Source: Candidatus Bathyarchaeia archaeon (lineage in GTDB: Archaea > Thermoproteota > Bathyarchaeia > Bathyarchaeales > Bathycorpusculaceae). From it: DNA of 64,000 nt. The stretch is from contig JBEKOM010000001.1 of assembly GCA_049521795.1 (NCBI GenBank), positions 96,001 through 160,000 on the forward strand. Direction: 5' to 3'. Below, piece after piece: positions 19,175 through 29,523 of this stretch. Position 1 is the first letter of the stretch; each line of letters opens with the position of its first letter. The notes under the pieces are model-generated. The model saw only the letters and a list, made by a program, of their open reading frames with translations, had not been told where the DNA came from and did no database searches. The translations under genes and the position numbers were made by a program.

Positions 19175-20848
19175 CTAGTACTCCCCCATTCCTGGGTATC
19201 CGCCTCCTGGGCCGCCTGGGCCTCCTGGAGGTGTTGGGGGAGCTCTCATTTTTCCAGAAGCGATTACGTCGTCGATCTTCAGTATCATCGTAGAAGCTTC
19301 AGTTGCTGACTTCACTATTTGTTTCTTGACTGCCAAAGGTTCGTAGACTCCTGCTTTGGCCATGTCCTGTGCTTTTCCGCTGTTCACTTCTATGCCTGCC
19401 CACGTTTCGCCTTTTTCATGTCGTGCTCTGAGGTCGGATATTACGTCGATTGGGTCCAGCCCCGCGTTTTCTGTCAGCGTGATCGGCACGGCTTCAAGAG
19501 CCTCTGCGAAGGCTTTGACTGCAAGCTGTTCTCTTCCTGGCAGAGTTTCGGCGTATTTCTTGAGCATACGTGAAACTTCCAGTTCTGGGGCTCCTCCTCC
19601 CGCAACGATCTTTGGTTCTTCAACCACGTCTCTGACCACGCACAAAGCGTCGTGCACTGACCGCTCTGCTTCGTCAACGATGCGTTGGGTTCCACCCCTT
19701 ATCAGTATTGTAACGGCCTTGGGATGCTTGCATCCTTCTATGAAGGTCATCTTGTCGTCGCCTATCTTGCGTTCTTCGACGAGAGCGGCATAGCCTAAGT
19801 CTGCTGAAGTCATGCCGTCAAGGTTGGTCACTATTTTTCCACCGGTAGCCTTGGCCAGTTTCTCCATGTCTGACTTTTTGTTCCTTCGAACCGCAAGTAT
19901 CCCTTTTCTGGCAAGGAAGTGCTGAACCATGTCGTCGATACCTTTCTCGCACAGAACAACGTTGGCACCAGTCTTCGCAATCTTTTCAGCCATGTCGCGC
20001 ATCATGTCCTCCTCCTGCTTGAGGAAGGCATCCATCTGCTCCGGGCTTTCAATGTTGATCTTTGCATCAAACTCTGTCTTCTCGATCTCAAGGGGGCAGT
20101 CAAGCAGAGCTATCTTGGCCTTTTCGACGCGCTTAGGCATACCTGAATGAGCGATTTCCTTGTCAAGGACTACTCCTTGAATAAGCTTCGTTTCCTTCGT
20201 TGACTCACCTGGTTTCTTCTCGACTTTCACGTCGTCCACATCCGCCTTGTACTTGTCACCGTCCTTCTCTGCGACAGCCAAGATCGCTTTAACCACTAGG
20301 TCAGCCAGATACTCTCTGTGCTCAGCAACGAGCTTGCTTGCCATCGAGGTCATCGCAACCTTCTTCGGGTAATCTGTGGAAGTCGGGTCTATCGAAATAG
20401 CGATTTTTTCCAGAACTTCCAATGCTTTATCCGAGGCTTTCTTGTATCCGTCGATTATTATCGTGGGATGAACACTTCTTTCAACAAGCTCTTGAGCCTT
20501 GTTGAGCAGCTCGCCGGATATTATGACCGCTGTTGTTGTTCCATCGCCTGCTTCGTTGTCCTGAGTTTTCGCGACCTCCAGCATCATTTTTGCCGCTGGA
20601 TGCTGAATGTCCATCTCGTCCAGAATTGTACGTCCATCGCTTGTTATGGTAACGTCGCCAAAACTGTCCACGAGCATCTTGTCCATGCCCTTTGGGCCGA
20701 GGGAACTCTTCACAGTCTCAGCCACTATTCTAGCAGCTTCAATGTTTGTGTGCAGAGCTTCTCGCCCTTTAGAACGGCTAGAGCCTTCCTTCAACACTAG
20801 AACTGGAACACCGCCAGCTGATTGTGATGCTGACAAGTTCTTAAACAA
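19175..20848 (-). CDS. Thermosome (group II chaperonin) subunit
   Basis: [24 protein letters not shown]; Pro/Gly-rich tail; start may instead be TTG 20836. Confidence 0.97.
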   Translation of the reverse strand: MFKNLSASQSAGGVPVLVLKEGSSRSKGREALHTNIEAARIVAETVKSSLGPKGMDKMLVDSFGDVTITSDGRTILDEMDIQHPAAKMMLEVAKTQDNEAGDGTTTAVIISGELLNKAQELVERSVHPTIIIDGYKKASDKALEVLEKIAISIDPTSTDYPKKVAMTSMASKLVAEHREYLADLVVKAILAVAEKDGDKYKADVDDVKVEKKPGESTKETKLIQGVVLDKEIAHSGMPKRVEKAKIALLDCPLEIEKTEFDAKINIESPEQMDAFLKQEEDMMRDMAEKIAKTGANVVLCEKGIDDMVQHFLARKGILAVRRNKKSDMEKLAKATGGKIVTNLDGMTSADLGYAALVEERKIGDDKMTFIEGCKHPKAVTILIRGGTQRIVDEAERSVHDALCVVRDVVEEPKIVAGGGAPELEVSRMLKKYAETLPGREQLAVKAFAEALEAVPITLTENAGLDPIDVISDLRARHEKGETWAGIEVNSGKAQDMAKAGVYEPLAVKKQIVKSATEASTMILKIDDVIASGKMRAPPTPPGGPGGPGGGYPGMGEY

Positions 20849-20955
20849 TCCTCCCTTTTTGCGTCACAATGAAAAACAGCCTCACAATATAAGTTTTTCT
20901 AAAAGGAACGGGTAGAAGCTAGATTTTGAACATAGACTTTCGCAAATTGCGGCAG

Positions 20956-22065
20956 TCAGGGTCGGACCGTTGCTGTTTTCAAACCCGCTCCAGTCAAAAC
21001 TATCGCAGCGCTACTGTCAACTGATACTTCTTTGTTCTTGACTTGTTTCTTGTAGCCAGCGTAGGCAACGGCTGAGCTCGGCTCCACGTAGAAGCCTCTT
21101 CCCGCAAGCTCTCTGAAGGCTTCAAGTATCTCTTCTTCTTCAACAATGACCGCGTCGCCGTCCACTTTCTTCAAGTTCTTGACCATAAGCTCCAACAGCG
21201 GAGGATCAACGCTAACCAGAGCGTCAGCGACCGAGGCTAAAGTGTCAAGTGGCGTGTAGCTCAAATTCTTCATGCGATGATAAAGCGGCGAGACCTGCCT
21301 CGTTTGGCAAGCCACTATTCTCGGCATCGATTCTATCACGTTTGAGCCGACCAAATGTTGGAAGCCACTCACGACGCCCAAGAGCAGAGTTCCTGCAGAA
21401 ACGGGCAGATAGACACAGCCTGGGGCTTTCCAACCGAATTGTTCACTCATCTCATAAGCTAGACTTCTTATTCCGTCGCGAAACAATGGATGGAGTATGT
21501 GGCCGACGTAGAATTTTCCAGGTTCAGGCTTCTGCGCTTCCTCTGCAACCTTGCTACGGTTCCCAGAGACTTTAACGACGTCAGCCCCGTAAAATTGGAT
21601 CTGGTTGAACTTCGGACCAGCGACGGCCTCTGGAACGTACACCTTCGCCCGTAACCCGGCACGCGCAGCGTACGCGGCGATCGATGCGCCTGCGTTACCC
21701 GAAGAGTCTTCAGAAATGTAACCTCTTCTCTTCTTTACCAATTTGTGAAGTGCAGAAACCAGTAGCGCAGATCCTCTGTCTTTGAAAGAACCTGTAGGGT
21801 TCAAACTTTCAAGTTTGAAGTAGACACGCTCAGAGAATCTAACCAAAGGTGTCCACCCTTCTCCGAGCCTCACGATCTCACCATCTCTTACGTAAGGAAA
21901 GAATCTTCTGTATCGCCATAATGAGAAATCTTTCTTGGAAATTCTCTTAGTTTCAAAATCGAGGTGAACTTGTATGTCCAACGGCATGCCACATGAAGAG
22001 CACTTGAAATCAAGCAGATTGCTCGAATGATAGCTGCACGCTGAGCATTCAACATCATATTTCAT
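20956..22065 (-). CDS. Threonine synthase-like PLP enzyme
   Basis: N-terminal Cys ribbon, LGEGWTPL, NPTGSFKDRG, SSGNAG, VEPSSA, LTG.GLK. Confidence 0.85.
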   Translation of the reverse strand: MKYDVECSACSYHSSNLLDFKCSSCGMPLDIQVHLDFETKRISKKDFSLWRYRRFFPYVRDGEIVRLGEGWTPLVRFSERVYFKLESLNPTGSFKDRGSALLVSALHKLVKKRRGYISEDSSGNAGASIAAYAARAGLRAKVYVPEAVAGPKFNQIQFYGADVVKVSGNRSKVAEEAQKPEPGKFYVGHILHPLFRDGIRSLAYEMSEQFGWKAPGCVYLPVSAGTLLLGVVSGFQHLVGSNVIESMPRIVACQTRQVSPLYHRMKNLSYTPLDTLASVADALVSVDPPLLELMVKNLKKVDGDAVIVEEEEILEAFRELAGRGFYVEPSSAVAYAGYKKQVKNKEVSVDSSAAIVLTGAGLKTATVRP

Positions 22066-22250
22066 ATTGACAACGCCGCATTTATTCGACCAGACCGATG
22101 GCCAATCCAAGTCTCATTTCTATATTATCTTGCTGTTTTAGGACTTTCTCTCGGGGGCTGTCCCGCTCTTGCTCAAAGCACCTTCTTCCTTGACTTTACA
22201 GGTTGCCCAGAAGACAGGCACACTGAAGTAAAAAAAGGTAGAAGATAGGC

Positions 22251-22577
22251 TCATCCAAACAGTGGTCTCAGTGCATCGACGAAAAGTAGAATCATGGACA
22301 CTGCGAAGAAAAAGACGGTGGCAGAGTACGTCCATTTCTTGGCGAAACGCGCTAGGCAAAGTGCAGACGTTGCAACGCTCAAGATGAAGAACAAATGCAC
22401 CGTGGCACTCAGATAGTACCAGGCATCGCGCGTTGTCGTGTACGAATATGAGGGAAAAGCATAGAGAACCGAGAGGCCTATAGATGCAAAGAACATTATG
22501 AGCGAGACCACCAGAATCCACGCAACGTTTCTTTCAGGTGCTTCCAAGAAACCAACTCTCCTGCTATTGTTCTCCAT
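22251..22577 (-). CDS. Hypothetical membrane protein
   Basis: Three hydrophobic segments, ATG start. Confidence 0.55.
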   Translation of the reverse strand: MENNSRRVGFLEAPERNVAWILVVSLIMFFASIGLSVLYAFPSYSYTTTRDAWYYLSATVHLFFILSVATSALCLARFAKKWTYSATVFFFAVSMILLFVDALRPLFG

Positions 22578-22710
22578 ATGTGCATAAAAAGTTATCCCCT
22601 GCCTAGAACATGGTACAAAAAGCTAGGACAACGGAGCTACTGTCGATATCTTCTGGTTTTAAATATGCGCTAAGAGATATTTTGGGGAAAGCAGTCAGAA
22701 GAGTGGGGCT

Positions 22711-22965
22711 ATGATCAGGAAGCTTGTTCTGGGGCTTGGGTTATTGATGGACCTAGTCGGAGTATTCATGCTATGGTATATTGCCCCAAGGATCATTCAC
22801 GACGATTCAGGCATATATGCACCGGATATCAGTTACACATATTTTGTCGTCGCTCTGACCGTTGTCATAATGGCACTTGTCCTTCTCGTTGCTGGAATCA
22901 CCTATCCAGATGTCAGCAAAACCGGTCCAGAGGCAGAGTCAACAGGCAAAAAGGAGCAAGTCTGA
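22711..22965 (+). CDS. Hypothetical two-TM protein
   Basis: Two hydrophobic segments; TTTAAATA TATA-like box upstream. Confidence 0.6.
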   Translation: MIRKLVLGLGLLMDLVGVFMLWYIAPRIIHDDSGIYAPDISYTYFVVALTVVIMALVLLVAGITYPDVSKTGPEAESTGKKEQV

Positions 22966-22992
22966 TTACGAGGGCTTACCGAACACTAAGAA

Positions 22993-23520
22993 TTAGAGCT
23001 GTAATCCTTTTCTGAAGGCGTTGATGTTTGTTTCAACGGTCTTTGCTGAAACACTTACTCTTACCGCTTTTTCCATTGATTGAACCGTGACCAGTTGAGT
23101 TGTCTTTATGAAAGCCCCGAGCATGACCATGTTAGCGTACATGGCTTCTCCGAAAGTTTTCTTCGCCGTCTCTGTCATCGGAAACCTATGGACCCTTGCC
23201 TTTGACTCGGGCAACGTAGTCACGCTGGAACTGTCAATTATCAGCACTCCGTTCTCCTTCAAATCCTTGAGCAGCTTGTCAAGTGCTTCCTGGCTCATAG
23301 CCACTAGTACGTCGGGCTTCCTGACTGCTGGGAACCCAATTTTGTTGTCTGAGATTATGACTTCACTCTCGGCAAGGCTTCCTCTTGCCTCAGCCCCGTA
23401 TGCCTGCGTTTGTACCGCGTTTTTCCCATCTAGGACTGCTGCCTTGCCCAGTATTTGGGCGGCCAAGACTACGCCTTGTCCGCCGCTTCCCCCTATTCTA
23501 ATCTCTGTTTTGCTCGCCGT
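22993..23520 (-). CDS. korC: 2-oxoacid:ferredoxin oxidoreductase gamma subunit; apparent ACG start
   Basis: In-frame EIRIGGSGGQGVVLA upstream of the tracked TTG; YGAEARG, NMVMLGA. Confidence 0.88.
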   Translation of the reverse strand, partial: TASKTEIRIGGSGGQGVVLAAQILGKAAVLDGKNAVQTQAYGAEARGSLAESEVIISDNKIGFPAVRKPDVLVAMSQEALDKLLKDLKENGVLIIDSSSVTTLPESKARVHRFPMTETAKKTFGEAMYANMVMLGAFIKTTQLVTVQSMEKAVRVSVSAKTVETNINAFRKGLQL

Positions 23521-24337
23521 TTTCCTTTGCCTCCTTAATCATGGCGTATACTGTTTCAACTAGCGTTGGGCGTCTTCTTGAAACGAATTCTCCGACGACT
23601 ATTTTCGCTTCAAGCTCTTCGGGACTCATCTTTTCAGCTTCCTCAACTGTGACTGCGCTTTCTTTGAAGTGTTTGAGCATTTCTGCGATATTCTTGAATC
23701 CTGCTCTCCTGCCGTAGGCCGTTGGGCAGTGGGTCACGACTTCGATGAACCTGAAACCTTGCATCTGCAATGCTTTCTTGATTGACTCTACTAACTCGTG
23801 CAAATGCGCGGTTGTCCACCGCGCTGAGTATGCTGCTCCAGCCGCAACCGCGAGCTTCGCCGCGTCTAATGGATACTCGAAGCTTCCATAGGGCGTCGTC
23901 GTCGTCCTCGCTTTGAAGGGTGTTGTGGGGGCCACTTGGCCGCCTGTCATCCCGTAAACCATGTTGTTGCCCATTATGACGAGGATATCGGTGTTTCTCC
24001 TCGCTGCGTGCAGGAAGTGGCTTAGGCCTATGCCGACTATGTCTCCGTCGCCGCCGAAGACCACGACGTTCAAGTCTGGGCGTATGAGTTTTATGCTGGT
24101 GGCGGGCGGTATGCTTCTTCCATGAAGTGTGTGTACCGAATCGGCTTCAAAATAGGGCGAAGGAATCCATGAAGAGCAGCCTATGCCGCTTGTGAAGCAG
24201 AACCCGGTCAGGTCTTCGTGGCCCAGCTCATGCACGGCTCTGAGAAAAGCGTCACTGAGTGAAAAGAGTCCGCAGCCTGCGCAGAAGGGCAATCTTAAGT
24301 CTCTCATGTACTTTCGAGGTGAGAATGCTTCAGTCAC
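23498..24337 (-). CDS. korB: 2-oxoacid:ferredoxin oxidoreductase beta subunit
   Basis: FCAGCG, SGIGCS, HTLHGR, GGDGD, NN.VYGMTGGQ.APTT. Confidence 0.93.
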   Translation of the reverse strand: MTEAFSPRKYMRDLRLPFCAGCGLFSLSDAFLRAVHELGHEDLTGFCFTSGIGCSSWIPSPYFEADSVHTLHGRSIPPATSIKLIRPDLNVVVFGGDGDIVGIGLSHFLHAARRNTDILVIMGNNMVYGMTGGQVAPTTPFKARTTTTPYGSFEYPLDAAKLAVAAGAAYSARWTTAHLHELVESIKKALQMQGFRFIEVVTHCPTAYGRRAGFKNIAEMLKHFKESAVTVEEAEKMSPEELEAKIVVGEFVSRRRPTLVETVYAMIKEAKENGEQNRD

Positions 24338-25469
24338 TTTGCTTGCCTCCTTCCAGAATCTTGGTCAGCAATTCTTCAGGCGTGATAAGTTCCCCTCCGC
24401 CGATCTTGTTCAGCGGAATGACCTCCGCGTTGCAAGCGACTCTTTGCACTTCGCGGCTGATTTGCCCAAGGTTCATCTCTGGAACGATTATTCTCTCAGC
24501 GCTTTCAGCGAGTCGTTTGACAGCCTTGTCTGGAAAAGGCCAGATCGTCTTCAGCCTGACGTAGCCTGTACTCATTCCTTCAGCTTCTGCCCGTTCAGTA
24601 GCCTCGTAGACAGCGCGGGACGTGCAGCCGTAGGAGACTATGCCAACCTTGCAATCGTCAACGTTGTAGTCTTCGACTTCAACGATGTCGTCTGCGTGAT
24701 CGTTTATCTTGGCGTTAAGTTTGCTTAACATTCTTCTGTGAACAAGCGGGTCCTGTGTAAATCGAACACCATACTCATCGTGGGTTGAAGCCGTTACAGC
24801 GACGTTGAAGCCTTCGCCTACCGATGGCATCGGCGCAACTTCTTCCGAGCCGAAGAAAGCTCTATCGCTGGGTCCTGGTTTCTTTCGGTCGAATATTTTT
24901 ATTTGCTCAAGTCGCGGCACAGTTGCCTGCTCCCTCAAATGAGCTATAGTCTCGTCTGCCAACAGGATCACGGGCGTGCGATACTTTTCAGCCAAGTTGA
25001 AAGCTCTTACCGTAAGTTCGAACATCTCTTGCACCGAGTTGGGCGAAAGCGCGATTGCCGCGTAGTCACCGTGAGTACCCCAACGTGCCTGCATGACGTC
25101 TCCTTGACCACACTTGGTTGCCTGCCCAGTGCCGGGTCCAACTCTTTGAACATCAACTATCACGCACGGGGTTTCAGTCATGAAGCCCCAGCCGATGGTC
25201 TCCTGCATCAGACTGAAGCCCGGTCCGGAAGTGGCCGTCATAGCCTTCTTCCCTGCCCAGCTGGCGCCCATAACCGCGCCTATCGAAGCCAGCTCGTCTT
25301 CCATCTGCATGAATATGCCGTTAAGCTGCGGTAGGCGTTCTGAGAGGCGCTCAGGTATCTCGTTTGAGGGCGATATTGGGTATCCAGCGAAGAACCTGCA
25401 ACCAGCGATTATTGCTGCTTCAACGCAGGCTTCGTTTCCTGACCAAAAATAGGTGCCTGGTTTGACCAT
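24330..25469 (-). CDS. korA: 2-oxoacid:ferredoxin oxidoreductase alpha subunit
   Basis: GNEA, AGYPISPS, QMEDE, TATSGPGFSLM.E, PEMNLGQ. Confidence 0.94.
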   Translation of the reverse strand: MVKPGTYFWSGNEACVEAAIIAGCRFFAGYPISPSNEIPERLSERLPQLNGIFMQMEDELASIGAVMGASWAGKKAMTATSGPGFSLMQETIGWGFMTETPCVIVDVQRVGPGTGQATKCGQGDVMQARWGTHGDYAAIALSPNSVQEMFELTVRAFNLAEKYRTPVILLADETIAHLREQATVPRLEQIKIFDRKKPGPSDRAFFGSEEVAPMPSVGEGFNVAVTASTHDEYGVRFTQDPLVHRRMLSKLNAKINDHADDIVEVEDYNVDDCKVGIVSYGCTSRAVYEATERAEAEGMSTGYVRLKTIWPFPDKAVKRLAESAERIIVPEMNLGQISREVQRVACNAEVIPLNKIGGGELITPEELLTKILEGGKQSD

Positions 25470-25699
25470 GTTACCTGTTTCTCCTGATTACTTAGCTTGC
25501 ATTGCTGATGATCTTATTTAGGCATTTGTCGTTTCCATGAGAAATTGGGATATTCTTTTTCGACCTTTCAGATGGTCTATTCATTGCGGATGGCCAGTGG
25601 AAATCTGGATTCAGAATGGCGAAAGAGTGCAGTGGAGGCCGAAATTTTCCATTTAGTAGTGAAAAAGAATGACAGAGGGCCACAGCTGAGCAGCGAGTG

Positions 25700-26608
25700 C
25701 TACTCGATTATCTTGAAGAAGTCCCTTTCTGTAAATATGCCTACGAGCGCTCCGTTTTTGACAACGGGTACGGCTCCTATGTCTTTCTCCCTCATGATTT
25801 TTGCAGCTTGACCCACATCGGTTTCCGGTTCTACGGTTGAAACGTTTTTCGTGGCTATCTCAAGCGCTGGGGTATTTAGAACCTGGATTATCGTGCCAGA
25901 TCTCAGGTGGTTGAAGACTTCTCCGCAGCCGAAGAAGCGGATGATGTCCATGGCCGTCACTATGCCGATGAGTTTGCCGTCGGAGGTTATGGGCAACCTT
26001 CTGAATCCCTGCGCCACCATGGTTTTTTCGGCCTCAAATATCGTCGTTTTGGGCAAGGCCGTGACCACGTTCTCCGACATGAGTTGAGCAACCGCTACGC
26101 CGCTCGTTCGGTCGGCGAAGAGAACTGCGATGTCACGCTCGGTAACTATGGCTTTTACGCTGTTTTTTTCATCCACTACCGGCAAGCCGCCGAGGTTCGA
26201 TTCCTTCATCTTTTCGATTGCTTCACCTATTTTTGCTTCAGTCGTGATCGAAATGACTTTCTGAGTCATTATCAGCCGGATCTGCTCGTTTATGGCCTTG
26301 AAGAAGTTTCCACCGTACTTATGCTGAATTATCTCAAATTTTTGCCCACCGCCGAGGTATTCGACTATGTCCGTGGCGGTGACAATTCCCTCCAAGTATT
26401 TGGTTCCAGGGTTAGCTATGGGTAGCCGGCGAAATCCTTCCTTCGCCATTTTTTGAACCGCGTCATAAATGGGCGTGGTTGGAGCAACCATCACAACGGG
26501 GCTTTTTGCAACTGTAAGTATTTCCCCTTCACGCTTCTTCGAAGGATGAGTCTTTAAGTCTAGGGGGCCTGTTCCCCGCAGTCTTCTTCTGAAGCCTTCT
26601 TTGCTCAA
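25700..26608 (-). CDS. CBS-domain protein (4 CBS)
   Basis: Repeated FRRLP, GIVT..DI, GIFTERD motifs. Confidence 0.9.
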   Translation of the reverse strand: MSKEGFRRRLRGTGPLDLKTHPSKKREGEILTVAKSPVVMVAPTTPIYDAVQKMAKEGFRRLPIANPGTKYLEGIVTATDIVEYLGGGQKFEIIQHKYGGNFFKAINEQIRLIMTQKVISITTEAKIGEAIEKMKESNLGGLPVVDEKNSVKAIVTERDIAVLFADRTSGVAVAQLMSENVVTALPKTTIFEAEKTMVAQGFRRLPITSDGKLIGIVTAMDIIRFFGCGEVFNHLRSGTIIQVLNTPALEIATKNVSTVEPETDVGQAAKIMREKDIGAVPVVKNGALVGIFTERDFFKIIE

Positions 26609-26620
26609 TTGTGTTCACCC

Positions 26621-27421
26621 TCACCTGACAACTAATCTTGCAACGTCTTCGCGATCCAATATGCCGAGCAGTTTCCCATTTTTGTCCGCTACCGGTATCC
26701 TTCCAACATTTTTCGTAACCATGACTCTGGCAACCCTGATCACCTTTGTTGAAGGCTCAACAGAAACCACGTTTGTATTCATTACGGAAGATATTTTTGG
26801 CGAGTCTCTGAAGCGTCCTTTCTTAGACTCGAAGGTCGGCAGCATGGCTCCAGATTCAAGAAGGTCTTTCTGCGTAACTATGCCTACTAGCTTCCCATTC
26901 TTGACAACCGGCAATCCTGCGAAGCGCGTTTCTGTCATGAGGCGCCAAATATCGTCAATCCCGTCTTCTGGAGAGCACGATACGACCTTTGTGGTCATGA
27001 TTTCAGAAACGTCCTTCACGAACCGGTCAGGACTCGTTTTCATCAGTGATTCAATGAAACTTTCTAACCCTACGACTCCCCTGTAGCTTCTGTCCTCGGC
27101 TGAAGCGACAACCGGTGCATGCCAAACATCCACTCGAAGCATGGCTCTAAACGTTGAAGTTACCTCATCCTCAACCGTTGCGACGTGCCTTGCAGGAGTC
27201 ATAATACCTTTCACGGTTATCGGCGACACAGATGAAGAAATGGTCATCACGTCGCGACGCGAAACTTTTCCCAGAAGCATCTTATTCTTGTCGGTTACCG
27301 GGAGAATCCTCAGGTCAAACTCTCTCATTATCGCGCGTGCTTTCGTGGCGAGCTGGTCTTCATAAATCGACGGATGCTTTTGATCCATGATCTCTTTGAC
27401 ACGCAAAAGATCTCCTCTCAC
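26621..27421 (-). CDS. CBS-domain protein (4 CBS)
   Basis: LPV..K...LG, GLPVVKNGKLVGIVT, GRIPV motifs. Confidence 0.9.
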   Translation of the reverse strand: MRGDLLRVKEIMDQKHPSIYEDQLATKARAIMREFDLRILPVTDKNKMLLGKVSRRDVMTISSSVSPITVKGIMTPARHVATVEDEVTSTFRAMLRVDVWHAPVVASAEDRSYRGVVGLESFIESLMKTSPDRFVKDVSEIMTTKVVSCSPEDGIDDIWRLMTETRFAGLPVVKNGKLVGIVTQKDLLESGAMLPTFESKKGRFRDSPKISSVMNTNVVSVEPSTKVIRVARVMVTKNVGRIPVADKNGKLLGILDREDVARLVVR

Positions 27422-28014
27422 TCCTCAGTTTCCAGTTCAACCTTGCAATCTTCGCAGAGGAATTCGCCGTTGACTTCTGTCAAGTCGTCAGACCAGACTC
27501 CGCAGTGGTCGCAGTATCCTGCGGGAGGTGCCGATTCCTTCTGTGCTTCTTCAGCCATGTTCTCACCTTCTAACATGGCTTTCTCTTGTATTGTTTCCAA
27601 AAGTTCAGGCATGACGGCCAAGACGTCTTTGCTCGAAACTATTCCGACAAGCTGCCCCTTGTACATGACTCCTAGACGTCTGATGTTCAGTTTGCTCATT
27701 AGCCTGGCTGCATCGTTTATCGTTGCGTCTGATTCGATCGTCATCAGCGGAGAAGTCATGACGCTCTTGGCCCTGACGGTGTCAGGTTTAGCGTTTTTGG
27801 CTAAGACTCTTACAACGAGGTCCCTCTCAGTTATGATTCCCATAGGTTTTGCCTGCTTGGTCGTCACTAGGATGCATCCGTACTCGTGTTTAGCCATGAG
27901 TCCCGCAACTTTGTTAGCAGGAGCATTTTCGTCCACGGTAACCGCTGGACTACTCATGATGTCTTTAACCAGCATCTTAGACCTAAGTCCAATCTCGGCC
28001 ATGGTTCTCGCCAC
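27418..28014 (-). CDS. CBS-pair protein with C-terminal zinc ribbon
   Basis: VKDIMSSP, GIITERD; GYCDHCG...LCEDC. Confidence 0.9.
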   Translation of the reverse strand: MARTMAEIGLRSKMLVKDIMSSPAVTVDENAPANKVAGLMAKHEYGCILVTTKQAKPMGIITERDLVVRVLAKNAKPDTVRAKSVMTSPLMTIESDATINDAARLMSKLNIRRLGVMYKGQLVGIVSSKDVLAVMPELLETIQEKAMLEGENMAEEAQKESAPPAGYCDHCGVWSDDLTEVNGEFLCEDCKVELETEE

Positions 28015-28175
28015 GTAAATAATGCATTCGACTATTAAGGTTTGGCTTCACTGAACTCAAGAGAGAGCCCCAAATTTAAAACTTGCCGTATTCCTCTCGC
28101 ACGTCACAATTTTGGCTGAGGCCAAGTCTTATTAGTTTCCGCCTTTCAAAGCACCTATGCTTTGGGGAATGATGA

Positions 28176-29066
28176 ATGCTGAGAACCAATGAGGATAAGT
28201 TAGTGAAGATCTCGGTCGTCGGCGAAGTAGTGAGTCCCGTTTTCGGAAGAGACGTCTACAGGATCACTGCCCAAGGGAACCCGGTGGTTTTACCAGGCGT
28301 CGGAGGAATAACCTATAACATCAGGGTAGGCGACCCAGCCTCAGGATGGCAAGCCGATCATGTTGAACCAGGAGTAAGCGTTGAAAACAAAGAGAACGAC
28401 CCGCGCTTTGGACAAGGCGCAAACGCCGCCTTCAACGTGCTCTCATGCGTTGGAAACGAGGCCACGATAATAAGCGGCGAAGCCAAGGGTTCAAAAGGAG
28501 TTGTCACGGGCAAACACGGCGGAATAGAACACGTGCTAGTCGATGTTCAGCCCGAAGTCATGGACAAACTTGTGATCGGTGACAAGTTTCTCATCAAAGC
28601 TTTCGGAGTTGGCCTCCAACTGTTAGACGCTCCTCACGTCACGGTGATGAATTTGGACCCCAAGTTTCTGAAAGCATTGAAACCCAGATTGAAAGGAAAC
28701 AAGCTGGAGGTTCCAGTCAGTCACATCGTTCCAGCCGCTATCATGGGCTCAGGACTCGGCGCCAACCAGACTTACTCCGGAGACTATGACATTCAACTCT
28801 TCGATGAAAAAGTGAGAACACAGTTTGGCCTCGACGACCTCAGACTAGGAGACCTCGTTGCCATAATTGACGCAGACCACACCTTCGGAAGGATATACAA
28901 ACAAGGCGCCATCTCCGTCGGTATCACAGTGCACACAAACTGCGTCATAGCCGGCCACGGCCCAGGGGTCACAACACTGTTCACATCTTCCACCGGAAAA
29001 ATCATCCCGAGAATCGACAAGAAAGCGAACATCGCCTCGATTCTGAAGCTAAGAAAGGACATCTAA
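28176..29066 (+). CDS. Conserved protein, DUF4438-like
   Basis: PGVGGITYN, DHVEPGVS, GKHGG.EHV, GDYDI, GHGPGVT. Confidence 0.8.
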   Translation: MLRTNEDKLVKISVVGEVVSPVFGRDVYRITAQGNPVVLPGVGGITYNIRVGDPASGWQADHVEPGVSVENKENDPRFGQGANAAFNVLSCVGNEATIISGEAKGSKGVVTGKHGGIEHVLVDVQPEVMDKLVIGDKFLIKAFGVGLQLLDAPHVTVMNLDPKFLKALKPRLKGNKLEVPVSHIVPAAIMGSGLGANQTYSGDYDIQLFDEKVRTQFGLDDLRLGDLVAIIDADHTFGRIYKQGAISVGITVHTNCVIAGHGPGVTTLFTSSTGKIIPRIDKKANIASILKLRKDI

Positions 29067-29523
29067 TTCACTTCAGCCAAGCGCCGCGGCCTGGCGCCTT
29101 GTGTTCCACGACACCGCATCGTTCCACGTAGACCGAAAACATTCCACGGGCTTCCGCGAATGAATGGGATATTTCTTCCGGAACAGAACCGTTGTCGACA
29201 GAGCTGCTAGCATCATTAATGGCGCAAGGTTCGCTGGGAATTCTGCGATGGTCTGGGCTGTCCTAGAATGTTATTGTTACCATCCATTGTTACTGTTATC
29301 ATTACTGACGTGTGCGACCGCGCGCGCTTGAAAAGGTCAAGGCCAAAGCCAGAAGCGCGATTGAAGAGGACAGCAGGAAAACACGGTGTCTTCGCATGGA
29401 GACATTTTCCAGCGTTGTGCACGTAAGAAAGATTTCTTGGCGTCTTGAAACTGGAATTGGAACAGATATATAAAGCAGCAAACTAGATTGTTTGCTATAA
29501 GGAAGTATAGGAGTAAGAAAAAG

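Noticed and set aside
19175-19245. GC-rich repeats at the thermosome 3' end
   Set aside because: They encode the usual Pro/Gly/Met-rich chaperonin tail.
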